Assembly: GCA_011109175.1 (NCBI GenBank)
Contig: RDEW01000017.1
Coordinates: 968,671-1,032,670 of the forward strand
Direction: 5' to 3'
DNA: 64,000 bases
Origin: Dicyema japonicum
Taxonomy: Eukaryota; Animalia; Dicyemida
Numbering within the stretch: position 1 is the stretch's first letter; the number at the start of each line of letters is the position of its first letter. The position numbers were made by a program, and so were the translations under genes. The notes beneath the pieces are model-generated. The model was not told the origin of the DNA. It did not search any database and was given only the letters and a program-made list of their open reading frames with translations. Positions 38,996 through 51,405 of the stretch are shown here, one piece after another.

Positions 38996-39959
38996 AAGAA
39001 AAATTATTATGACAACCAGTGACCTGTCTCGAATGTATGTTATCATCCATAGCCCCAATGACAGGAGTCGTCTAGAACAGATACACGATTTTGTTTCTAC
39101 GAGAAGCATCCGTAGACTCGGAGACAATAAAATACCCTTGGTCCTCGGAATGATTTATTTAATTTGGGTCGATTTGAAAGGTGGAGGTGGTGACTTAACT
39201 CTATTACGGGAAATTTCTACTTAGTTCCATGGTGGATGAAGGTCTTCCTTCTCATGAGGAGCACGATATAGGAACCTCGAAGTTCTGATCACAGCAAGTG
39301 CGGATGCCGTAGAATTTAGGTCCGTATCTCGTCCGGGCTAAGAACTTGGAGGATCAACACCTGGAGTGGAAGTGTCTCTGGAGGACTTACATCCTCAGCT
39401 GAAAACCCTGAGAGTATGATGATTGGAGACAACATGGAACCAATGAAGAGTTCACCTTTGTCTTCAAACAACTTGTCTAACACGTGATTGAAGATATCAT
39501 GATTGGTAAGTGAAGGGGGATCAATTGACACTCACATCAGTTCCGTGATCTAATAACAACTAGACGAGACCTCTGATTGTCTAAACTGTTTTGCCACCGA
39601 AGTGCAATTTTTTCAAAGAGATTCAACCAAACAGGGAACGGTTATACAGCCGACCAGATCAAACTGGGAGTTATCTCAACAAATGTGCTGATAATGCTTA
39701 TTGGTTGTCCTCTCTTGTTCCCCCATGCAATGTGGTAAAGCTAAAAGCTCAAATATTAATAAAAGTCATCCTTGTAGGACCATAAGTATCCACTCAAACC
39801 TTCCAGGATTTCCATGACTTTTAAGCTTGAGTCAATTCTGGACAGAGATTGGAGACATTATAAAGAAGACAATGACTTGGACGTCTTTATGGGACCAATC
39901 ACTTTTAAATGTGGGGGAAGAAACATAACTTTATTAGAAACTGAACTGGGAGTTAGCTA

Positions 39960-40360
39960 GAGAGTTTATCATAGTCTGTCTTTATGGCCTGGGCACCACA
40001 TCTCCTCGATTACTAGCGTTTTCTTGGGGAAACCGCGAATCCTGTTATCCACCGTCTTTCTTATTGGGATGAATATCTCATCCTCCTCCATACTCTGGTT
40101 GTCGTGTAGCCTTTTCCCCAGCACCAATTTTATTCCATCATTTCTTGACTTTTCCAATAGCGATGGTTTCCTGTCTTTCTTTGTAGGCAGATACCACGCC
40201 TCACAACCGTATCCCAAGCCAGGCAGGATTATTCTCGAGAATATGACAAAAAGGTCTCTATGCGACACAAAGTTGTCGCGTACAAAGAAGTGTCTGTAGC
40301 GATCTCTTTCTTCTTAGTTTAACACCTTCCAGAAATGAGCCTTCGTGATCAACCGTAACA
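39960..40360 (-). mobile_element. LINE RT C-terminal relic
   Basis: RIILPGLGYGCEAWY; paralog of 34650-35250. Confidence 0.6.
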
Positions 40361-41449
40361 CCCAGGGAGCGGAAAGAGCGCACTCTCGGCACCCCAAGCT
40401 AGTATGGCTGACCATGGTGTCGTTTGATACGAATAATTTTTAAGTAGATTGACTTTTCAGCTGGGCTTCATCCTCCTCCGGTCACACCAGTCATGATAAT
40501 AGCTAATGTATTTTTGACCCTCCTCTCGATAGGGTTGACTTGCCATTTCATTGGTTCTTCATAAGGAGATTCAAATCTGCTCGACTTTAGCGATGGATTA
40601 GCCTCAATCCTTTAAAACTCGTTTCTAAAATTATTCACTAAAATACCTAATTTCCATTGAAAATCATATTTTGATTGATGAACGTTTTCTAGCCTTTGGA
40701 ATATGTTCCACGTCAATATCCTCTGATGACCGTGAAAGCATCATCGAACTCTCATTTTCTATGAAATTGAAAATAAAACTTTTATACTCACTTTATTCCT
40801 GAAACTCCTCTCAGTTTTGGAGTTTCAGTTGTAGAGGAATGAATCGTGGTGTTATTTGTAAACGTGCTTCTTTTTTCCAGTTTTTAGTTGATTCTTCAAC
40901 CATTAACTTTGAAGATTTCTTGTCAAAGGGTAAACCTTTCCATGATCCCCTGAAACAAATAAAATAATAATTATCTTTTAAGGCGTTTAGAATGCACCTC
41001 TTCACAATTCCCTTACTATCTTTACGTTGACAAAATTGTTAGACAATTTTGCAACAATCGTGACAGCATCTCCGTAGGGATGCTCAAACCTTTGCAGACG
41101 TGAGGGATTAGTACCATACTCCTTCTGAATACGAATCTTTTAAGTAATTATAAATTGAATACACCATCTCCAATGTTAAGTTCATATTTCGATCGCTGCA
41201 CTCCCATCTTTTTATTTATCATTTTACAATAAGGAGAATTCAAGTCTACCCGAGGAAAATCAAATTTGTAATCACCTTTTGTATAATTATAGACAAAAAA
41301 CCTTTACTATATGTTTCGAGGTGTCTCTACCGTCTGGCTCTGTTAATTCAGCAATATTATCCACACTTTCCAGGTTGTCTTCACCGTCTGTCTCTGTTAC
41401 AGTATTTTTAACAATGGTGTTGTAGGCCGGAATCCCTCGATATCTCGGA

Positions 41450-41900
41450 AGCGGACTAACACCTACAAAAAAATAAAAGCACAAATTTACCTGTGGATAA
41501 GTGAGGCGTTTGATTGTATAAAAACACAGCCTTTCGAATGTGCCTTATCCACCCTTTCTTGTCATCCGAAGCCATAACCTTTTGAGATCAATCAGATCAA
41601 TTTGAAATCTCTCATTAGGCAAATCAGCAACAATATGACTTAAATCGTCATATTTTGAGAGGCACTGCAAACTTGCATACATTGCAGTCTTTCACAATTT
41701 GACGAATTACAGTTTTTGATAGCGAAAAATCTCCTACGACAAAGCGCATCGGAAGCGTCATGTCCACAGTGATTTGTCTGGTGAATCTCCTGAGCAATAG
41801 TCCGCTTTTCATCAATAACAATAAAATTTTCATCTGACAGTGTTGATAGGTGAGATGTAACCACCCTGGGACGCGACATATTAAGCAAATTAAAGACAAG
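41450..41900 (-). mobile_element. Integrase relic (HHCC zinc domain; Ginger/KRBA2-like or LTR-derived)
   Basis: QEIHQTNHCGHD..VIRQIVKDCNVCK followed by RFQIDLIDL across frameshifts. Confidence 0.55.
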
Positions 41901-41959
41901 AATTAATTGTTAGAAATTACTGGCTGATCTCATAACCGAGGACGCAATCCCCCTTATGA

Positions 41960-42230
41960 TTTGCAAGGAATTAGCCAGCTCCTTTCTCTTCAATCATTTT
42001 TCCTCTTCGAGGTGAGCGATCCGGTATTTTGGAATGATCCAGTAGCCATACAAACAGGTGTCTTGGAATATCCGCTAACACCAGCCTTGATAGGAGGGCT
42101 TCATGCCACACAATATCAAAGGCTTTGGAAATATCCAGGCACACTAGATTCATCTGTCTTCTGCTTCTTATCGCTCTCAACACATCCATGTACATAAGGT
42201 AAACACAATCGACGCCATCCAAAATGTTGC
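41960..42230 (-). mobile_element. LINE RT fragment
   Basis: VCLDISKAFDIVWHEALLSRL. Confidence 0.8.
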
Positions 42231-42284
42231 AAAGGGAGAAGAAACTTCCCCGAGGATGACTATGCTCAACGAGAGGTTAACAAT

Positions 42285-43660
42285 TTGATAAAATTCTACA
42301 CAAAAATTTCGTACAAAGAACACAGAAAGTCGGAAGTGCTTCTCTCTTCATGGAGAAAACTGAAGAAGGATTCTAACCCAGTTTACTTCTCGGATGAAGA
42401 CGTGAAGAATGCGCTGCGTTTTACAAGAACAACGTACTCTGCCGGTCCCGACAACATTCCAGTAGTGTTATTGAAGAACCTTGGAAATATGGGAGTCGGT
42501 TTTCTAACGTCGGTGTATAACTATTCAATTAATTGGAATGGTGTACCGTTGTTGTGGAAGCAAGCCAACATCCGACCTACACTGAAACCTGGAAAAACCT
42601 AAGGAAGATCAGGCATCATTTAGACCTGTGTCATTGTTATGTTCCATATCGAAATCCTGGAGGCTTGATGTTCCATTGACAAGGCCTTTGATTCTGTTTC
42701 GAGAAAAATATTATCAAAGAAAATTTTCCAGTCCGAGATCCCGAGGAAGCTTAAACTTTGGGTAACAAATTTCTTAAGTGGACGAAGGGGACGTGTATAC
42801 CTCGGAGGACTGAAATCAGTCTCGCCTCTTTTCCCAAACGGTGTCCCCCAAGGATCTCCTTTATCCCCCGCCTTATTCAATTTATACCTGGCAGACCTCC
42901 CGACACCGGAATCCAATAACGATGTTCTACTCTCATGCGGACGACATTGTTTTGGCCTCGCGTGATCGGGATATCCAAAATGCTACAGAAAGATTACAAA
43001 TTAACCTGGACCGACTCAACGACTAGGTAATGAAGAACCGACTAACGATAAATTTCAGAAAGTCGGTCACGTCTATGTTTACTTCGGACAAAAGGCTGGG
43101 GAAGATGACTGTCAAGTTAAAATTGGACAACTTTGAAATCCCCTTCACCAAATGTCAGAAGATCCTGGGCGTGACACTGAATACACACCTATGTTTGTCA
43201 CCACACGTGGCAAACATTGTCCTGAAGTGCGAGAAGAGGATCAATGTATTAAAATGTTTATCTGGAATATGGAAGACAGGTACCCACCCGGTCTTGATGA
43301 ACATTTACAAGCAATACATCGAACCATGCTTCTCGTACGCGTGTGCTTCGTGGGGACCCTCATTATCATGGACGAACACTAAGAAAATCGAGGACGTTCA
43401 AAAGAAGGCTTTCAGAATGACGGAGCGGTGGTCTTGTGGGAGACACAGAACCGGACCGACTACTCTGGAAACCCTCATTAAACAAAACCCCGGCATGCGG
43501 GAAGGTGACCCTGCAAATACAGTCAGCCGCCGAGTACGAGCCTGTGTGGGTACGAGGGAGGAGCACCCGGAAAGAATGAGGATTTTGGTGAGCGCATCGG
43601 GATCACGTGATAGTTAGTTTTGGTTTTACCGTGGTCTTGGGTGTTAAATAAATAATAAAA
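42285..43660 (+). mobile_element. LINE (I/Jockey-like) RT with intact 3' tail, frameshifted
   Basis: SAGPDNIP..WKQANI..KPGK, IDKAFDSV, NGVPQGSPLSPALFNLYLADLP, (Y)ADDIV and a 195-aa C-terminal ORF; tail TAGTTAGTTTTGGTTTTACCGTGGTCTTGGGTGTTAAATAAATAA. Confidence 0.9.
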
Positions 43661-43664
43661 TAAG

Positions 43665-45250
43665 TACAATACGACCCCGCCCCAATAAAACACAGGCCGT
43701 GGGGCACCCTCTGTTTTGGAAGCGATTTTTTTAATAAATATTATTTTGAATGATTTTTACATTTTTTACATTTTTTGACCAATAGGAAGCCTAAAATTAA
43801 AATACAAAACTCCGCTTATTGGGGCACTTTTCAATCGATAATATTAAAATTTATTATTTCATTTTTATTTAATTAATTTTAAAATATTTTTTTAATTAAA
43901 TTAAATTAAAATATTTTAAAGCATGCCTGCGAAGCTTAGCTGCCACCTGAAACGGAAGATTTCCGATTCTTTAATGAAAGAAAATATGTCAGAAAGAAAA
44001 ATTTGTCAATTATACAAAATTGGAAAAGGAACTGTCTCACGAATTAAAAAGAAATCGGAACAGGGGTTTCAAAAACACAAATATGCTCTGATGAACTCTC
44101 ATCTAAGAAGTTCGAATCAGATCTTTCTATTCGAATTGATCGATTAGTATTCGAAGTCTTTAAAAATTTGAGAGAGGATGGTATTTCAGTTTCAGGATTT
44201 CTCCTCAAAACTATTGCAAAAAATTGCAGCTAATCTTGACTTCAATGATTTCAAAGCATCAAATGGATGGTTGGCTCGATTTTAAAATGCGCCGTGGATT
44301 ATTGTTCAAAGTAATTTCGGGTGAAAAAAACTCGTGACAAAAATAAAGTCGAAGATTTTTAACGATTACGACAATTTATTTGATAAATACGAGAAAAAAA
44401 TATTTTTAACTGCTAAGAAACCTCTATTTTTGTTAAAAAAATTCATGTAAATTATTTGTCTCTTCAAATGATGATTGCTTTGGTAAAACGAAAAGCAAAG
44501 AACGAGTTTCAGTTCTTTTATGCTGCAGTCTTGAAGGTGAGAAATTAAAGCCCCTTGTTATCGGGAAATTTAATCGCCAAGATGCTTAGAAATATACAAA
44601 CTGAGGATTATGGGGTATATTTATTACGTTTTATTTATTTTTTTTATTTTTTTTAACAATAAAATATTATTTATTAACTATGGGGGAGAGCGGTCTGGCT
44701 GATTTATTAGGTTATTTTTAGGTCTGGTAGACAGCGTCAAAAAATGCCTGGATGACGACTGATATTTTTGATAAATGGTCAAAAAAACAGAAAAATTTTG
44801 ATTCTTATGGATAATGCACCGTGCCACAAATTTCAAGAAATTCAAACTTATTTCTTAAATTTCCTAAAAATACAACAGCACTGCTTCAACCTCTAGATAT
44901 GGGGATCATATCTCTTTCAAGACATATTATAGCAACGTTGTCTATGAAATGACATTTCTTGACGATTCTAAGGAATACTATTCGACCCTATTAAAGATTA
45001 ATGCAAATAATTGCATTTGTAGGAGAAGCCTGGAGTCGAGTAACAACAACGATTGTCAAGTGTTGGATGAAAATAAACGAACGGAGAACATGTGCTCGTG
45101 AAATTAATTCAAAAAAGCATCTGAATTAATTGATAAACATGTTTCAGGGTTAATGGAACTTGAAATAAACGGAATTGACAATAATGGCACTTTGTATAAT
45201 GGAAGTGATGAGATTGAGGAGTTTGTTTTAAAGATTCAATAAGAATGATG
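43665..45250 (+). mobile_element. pogo/Tigger-like DNA transposon relic
   Basis: N-terminal HTH (SERKICQLYKIGKGTVSRI), DFKASNGWL, ERVSVLLCC..GEKLKPLVIGK, AWMTT, LMDNAPCH and LLQPLD; many stops. Confidence 0.88.
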
Positions 45251-46391
45251 AATAGTCTCGAAACTTCTTTATTCAATACCCTGAAGGGCTCAAGGAATAC
45301 TATGAATTCAGAATAAAAATTTCAGAGATTTTAAAAAATAAGTATAATACTGGGTTCAAAATAACTGATTTTGTTATCAAAAATACAAATAATAGTTTTA
45401 AATTGTATCCTCTATATTTGGGCATTTTTCTGTCTCTCTGAGTGGGGTCCTTGTATTTTTCGCTGGATCGTTCAGTATCGTTAGGGAGTCCGATTTCAAT
45501 AACAGGAGAAGTCGTACTGTATTTGGATGCCCAGAACGGACTGGAATACTTCGATGACGTCACACTTGGAATGTCACGGATCGAAAGCATTTAACATTGA
45601 TTTTTTGAAATTGAATTATAATCACTTAAATGATATCGTTTGTATTAGATTAAAGTTAGGACCACGTGGAAGTGCAATCTTACAGCTCGCCAGTCCACTT
45701 TTGAGGAGGTGACTCAGAAATGGCCTGGATTTATTGCGTTTCTGCAAGGAGCTAGGAAACCCATTCAGAGAAAGGGTGCTTCATGCAGAGGAATTCCATT
45801 TGACCATAAAGAAGGGAACCCCGATATAATTCCTCCGCAGACACAACAGAATTTTAAAATTTTAGACTCAAAATCTTGTATTCAATCCAAATTAGTAGCA
45901 ACTAGAAAACTTGATGACTCTTTTAAGCTATCTCTAGCGAAAATGTTGATGCAAGCATAACCTTGATCTACCATGATGTCTTTGTTTAATAGCCTCTTCC
46001 ACTCACCTCTAGCCAGCGTCTGGATCGTCTGTGATTTCAATTCTAATAGCTTTTCAAGCTTTTGTAGGAAGACTGGCAAGGTTATCCTAGGCCCTCCACT
46101 GAAACGACCCCTTGGCAAACATAGTAGTCTTCCATAGCTCTGTTCGGCAGGGATATCACTCCATCGTCAGGATGTGCCCAGAAACCATATAACAATTAAA
46201 GCAACCAAATTTTAATAAAAAAAGAAATCAAAAATATTACTGACGTCGTCGTTTCTTAGATCCAGTATTAGATACATTAACACCCTCCTACTATAATCCC
46301 ACCAATCACCTCATTATTCACAATAGGCACAAACTCAGACTCCACTCTACTCTGTGCATTCTCCCATGGTGGTGGATCGGACAATTTCATA

Positions 46392-47917
46392 TTAATACGT
46401 AATTGACGATATTGACTTGATAATAACAACTACAAACTGATTGACCCACTCAGGTGGGGTCTTTTCATTCCGTTTACCATATTGCAGTAGAAATCCTTCC
46501 TCTATCAACTTCTTCTTTAATTGGGCCTACATTCACATAAGCACACAACCACATCACCCAGTCCCCAACGTCTGGGATACGTGTCCCTTTCCATCAGTAC
46601 TCGCTTAAGTTTGGCCACCACACCGTGGCTGCACACACCAATATCTGTTCCCTCCATTAATGATACAGCCAAAGCCACTGCCTCCCCCTTGGTTGTCACG
46701 ACAACAATGATTGTTCCAATGGAAATGCCATCATCAAAACGAAGGACTCCGGGCGCTAGGACCTTTGCTCCGTAGCACACTGCGTTTACGGCTGAATCCT
46801 TTATGATGACTCGTTTGTAACCAAGGAGGAGTCCCTCCATTGGATTTACAACTTTTCTGAGATAAGATTCGTCATTCTTGTTATCATAATACCACTGAGC
46901 ATCAAGAACGTCATGTAAAGTCATCATATTGTCCTTTGATTATTTATAGAATTACATATTCACTTAGTTGACCAGATTTTACTCGTCTTAGTTCTTTCAT
47001 TTCAGCTCCAACCCCCAAATGAATTCCAATATGGTCACAGAGTGTACGAATGTATGTCCCAGCTTCACATTTCACCCAATAAAGAACTAAAAAATTATGG
47101 CGCCCATTTTATAAATTTTTATTTTGGTTAGCCAGCATAGAATTATATATTAAATCATTAAATAAAAACTACAAAATTTGGCGCTCAATATAAAAAATTT
47201 TTATGCAAAAATAAATGATAATTAAAATTATAAATATACAGCATATAAAATAAAACCTAAATTGTTGGATTGGTCAAATTCTAATAGTTTGGATTCAAAT
47301 ATAGTCCTCACTCGTAGTTGTCTTTTCACAGCAGCAATAGCCGGGGGTTTTTGGAAGATGGATCCTCTGAAGTACGCAAGTGACTGTATTATTAATAAAT
47401 ATTACATTTTCTAAACTTTTGACGTTTTCGACTTTTCTGTGGAGTTCCATTACACATACGTATTCCTTCCCTGCTGTCTGCTGAGACTTTACTAGACGAG
47501 TGGCATTCTCAATACAGACGATCAAACAGCCAGTGACCTTCGGGTCTAATGTCCCTGAATGTCCTGTTTTGTTTACTCGGAGTATTCGCTTTATCCACGA
47601 GACGACTTCGTGGGATGACGGGTTTGCGGACTTGTCAAGGTTTATGTAGCCAAATCTATTAATTAGTTATATTTTATTTGTTTAAAAATTAATGTCATTT
47701 TCAAAATACTTTAAATATTGATCAATTGGTCGTTTTAGTGGAGGAACTCCGAACGGAAGAGGAGTGTAATGATCAGTCCTCACATTCATGTTTTGATAGT
47801 TTTTAAGAAGAAGAGGCCATTTTTCTGAATTTAATCTTTGCCCTGTTATCCTACACTCTTCCTTATTCTAAATTAAACGTTATTCCGTGTATAAACTGAT
47901 TCGATAGGTTCTGTCAT
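46392..47917 (-). CDS. DKC1: Dyskerin/Cbf5 H/ACA pseudouridine synthase; introns of 29, 54, 22, 170, 22 and 23 nt (3' end approximate)
   Basis: [89 protein letters not shown]. Confidence 0.97.
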
Positions 47918-48019
47918 CTTATTTTGCCACTTCACAACAAACGCACGTTATTTACAATTTTTAATTTATATTTTAATTTATTTAAAAAATAAATTAATTT
48001 TTCAATTTGTCAACAATCT

Positions 48020-48590
48020 TTGATAAGCCCGAGACAAACAGTCACAATGTGGTCCACAACAGACGCCGTATATCCCATTCTTCACACCTTATGTCATAGG
48101 GAGGAGGCCTATGATGTGGAAAATACTATCAAATTTCTACGACCCACCCGAGCCTGTGGCCCCGGCGGTGTCTATTATTTTAAACACCTAGGATCTCAGG
48201 CATATATCGTGTTATCGAGGCTTGGAGATTCGCTTTTCCCTCTTCAAGAGTCGAGCGTATGAACTCTCAGGCGGAAGATCATTCGGTATATGCAATCAGA
48301 CACCATATCCACCCCAGTATCCTTTCAGATACGGCGACAAGGAGAAATGGCCAGGGCTTCTTACGTATATGCAAGGAGCTAGGAAGCCCACTCAGAGAAG
48401 GAGACCCATGCGGAGAAATTCAGATCGGCATTAAAAAAGTGCACTCCGATAGAATTCCTCTGCAGACATAAAAGAAGACACTTCAGGAAGCGGAGAATTC
48501 GAAGATAATTAGACAGTTGTTGGAGGCTGGGATCATTTAATTAGTGAGTTAATCATTTCTTCCTTGGTGGTCTTGGGGTTTTAAAAATAA
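48020..48590 (+). mobile_element. Internally deleted LINE with 3' tail (its 3' part is also repeated at 45700-45880)
   Basis: A pre-RT GP.G motif is joined to a C-terminal segment CKELGSPLREGDP; tail TGGTCTTGGGGTTTTAAAAATAATAAA. Confidence 0.6.
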
Positions 48591-48599
48591 TAAACAGCC

Positions 48600-48950
48600 A
48601 CAACTAATTAATCCAAAAAAGAACAGAGGAGAACGTCTGTTTGTGTCGACGAGACCCATCCTTCAATAGTCCATTACAGGCTTCCGCTTTTGAAAAGAGG
48701 TGGAGAAGTAGGTCCCCTCATCCATTTTCATCGCACCTACTACCGTCACCGACATCACTTCATTCTTAGACGGAAGTTTTCATAATCTTCACCAGTGGAT
48801 TTTGTCAGTGAGAAGGTCCCTTTCAATAATTGTGTCGTCCCAGTAGGATTCAACTGTGTGATCTGTTTACCGAGCATTGACCTTCTTCTAATAGTCCTTC
48901 TTCCGAATCCACGACTGTCAGATCCAATGTGATCAGGCGTTCATTCAACC
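48600..48950 (-). repeat. LINE 3'-end fragment, family B (copy 4)
   Basis: Colinear with 9370-9600. Confidence 0.7.
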
Positions 48951-49149
48951 AAGAAGGCCAATACTCCCATCAAAAAATGAACTCATTTATTATCGACCCT
49001 CAGATACCCAACTTAGAAAGCAGAGGTGAGATTTACATAAAAAATTATTATTATTTAAGCCAAAGAAACACATCTTAGTACAACATTGAGCATTCGCAGC
49101 AATAACTTAATGAGAAATAAAAATAAAGGTGATGAAATGAATTACATAG

Positions 49150-50758
49150 TCAAATTCTCTCATAAACAAGTACAAGTGACTCAGTCAAAGTGATCATCTC
49201 AGGCATTACTTCATTAACGTGTAAATCCTGCATTTCAAACCATTTCCCAGATCCCTTCAATAACAACCATTCATCACTTTATTATATATATGACTTCTAT
49301 AACTCCCCCCTTACACTCACCATCATGCACTACACTCGACACAAGGTTATACGTGGTACACGTGTACTTGTCACGCTCTGAGGCTACCAAACACTCACCA
49401 AAATCAACAGTCCTAACATAAACACTCACTTTACATAGGAAAATTGACAATTGTCGGGTTCTTTTCAGTAAGAAAGTAATTTCTGGTAATTCTCTTGAAT
49501 GTTACCCCCACAATACTTTGATGTGTATTATAATATATGGTGGGAGCGTAAGTAGTTGGTACTGCTTTATAAAGTTGTCCTTGTATGTCTTATATTGATG
49601 TTCTTTACTTCCATTGAACTTCTCCAACAAGTTTTGTAGGGGGACCTGGTTAATAAAACTAATTACCTGGGGGATGATGACCTCCTTGTTGGAATCTGGG
49701 TACAGTGGAGCTGACGGAAGATCACATGGCAGGAAATAGTACTTTACCACTTCAGATGTCTCCCTGTACTCTTCACTGGACATAAGGAGATGTCTGTCCT
49801 TGTCTGTCTTACTATGAGTTGAAAGGATACCATCGAAATTGGGACAACCTTCCTACTGGTGACTTTCATTCTCCCACAGAACGTTTTACTTATGACGGAA
49901 CTGTCCAATCTGCTATTCCCCGCAAGGATAAGTGGAGGACGTTCAGCAGCCACGACATAAATTCCACCGAATCCCCTGTTTGTTAGTGAGACTCTAACCC
50001 TGACTCACAATCTGGAATTTCTTGTTACTCACAAGGACAGCCGCTTGCAATATTTCATGAGGACTCACGTGGGCTCGAAAGTTGTGAGGATTCCACAACT
50101 TCCTCAGAAACTCTCCAAATCTGCTAACCAGGAGAGCCTTGTGATATTTAGAGGTCGACACAATCTCCTCATAGTTCTCTTTTCTGAGGAAATAGTCCCT
50201 AACGGGGATCACGTGGGCGAGGACCTGAGGACTAAGCAAAAGGAAAACCAAAAGCACAGCATTGGAGTAGTCATTCTGTTTAATATTGTTAACCCCCACA
50301 ATTCCAGGATAATACAACGTCCCATCACGTGCTCTGACCCTTCCGAGTGAGTTGAGGCTGCTGATAAGGTCTTCGGAGTAAGTAGGGTCCAAAAGGTACT
50401 CAAATAATTAGTAATGGTACCTTGATGTCTTCTAAAGAAGAATCGAGTATCTCGTAGTCATCTGGAAGACAGTAGAACTTTTTGGTTTCCAAATTCAAGA
50501 AGACGTGGTGATCCATTTGTAGACTGTGGATGTGGGCGTATGACTTGATTCCTCGTCCTTGGAAGTATTTCCCACACACCAAACAAGCGTATACGTTAAG
50601 ATGGCTTAGGGAAATCGAACATAGTTTCTCAAAGTCAAAATCGAGGACATTTCTTAGTAATAATGTAGACACTACCTATTAATAGTATCCAAATAAGGAC
50701 ATCTTGGTGGGTCGATTTTTATTCTCTTTGCATCTGACTCGTTTGGTAGTTGACACAT
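49150..50758 (-). CDS. USP39: U4/U6.U5 tri-snRNP protein USP39/Sad1; apparent 1-nt deletions in G runs near 49919 and 49307
   Basis: CPYLDTINRNVLDFDFEKLCSISLSHLNVYACLVCGKYFQGRG, PGIVGVNNIKQNDYSNAVL, KLWNPHNFRAHVSPHE, EKNPTIVNFP, KWFEMQDL. Confidence 0.97.
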
Positions 50759-51029
50759 TTTATATTTTATTTTTATTTAAATATTTTTAATATATTTTTT
50801 AAATTATTTTAAATAAGTTGTAATTTACTAAATGTTTGATTATTGAAGATCAACATGGAAGCTTTGATTGTGACTCACAATCACACTGATCATTTACTGA
50901 CAGCCTTTTTTGTTATAGTAGTTCTACCTCCTTCGATTAATTAGCCTACATTAACCGCCCTACTCTGCATACAAGTCCGAGACATTACCTTTGGCTTAAA
51001 GCTTCGAGCAGTAAAATGAAAACCAACGA

Positions 51030-51405
51030 CCTTAGAGTCCAGAGGTCAAAATGAACTCTGGTAAGTCTTGAACAAAAATTTTTAGAACTACACTTATTTG
51101 AAAAGCTGTCCTAACTCGTTGAGGACATTTTTTGACGTGAAAAATATTATGCGAAAATCTCAGAGTCCTTCCAATGTCACAACATCCAGAACCAGTATAA
51201 AGTGTAGAAGACGTCCATCCCTTGCAATTGTGGGAACTTCTCCTGTGTGGTGGGGAGAGCAAATTATCTTTTTTCGTGCTAACCTGGAACTGAGCGCCAC
51301 CTGAGACAGGTGGATCATATGACGCTACTCTATTAGAAAAGGGTTGAGGAGGCGCAGAAGAAACATTTGAAATCTTCATTCAAGTTGCCACGTGACACCA
51401 CGTGA
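51030..51405 (-). mobile_element. SINE family A copy with a double-CACGTG head
   Basis: Minus strand CACGTGGTGTCACGTGGCAACTTGAATGAAGAT..GATCCACCTGTCTCAGGTGGCG..TTCCCACAATTGCAAGG. Confidence 0.7.

Noticed and set aside
47087-47256. Possible intronic H/ACA snoRNA in DKC1
   Set aside because: I could not find an ACA tail, an H box between stable hairpins, or a C/D pair, and the sequence is nearly pure AT.
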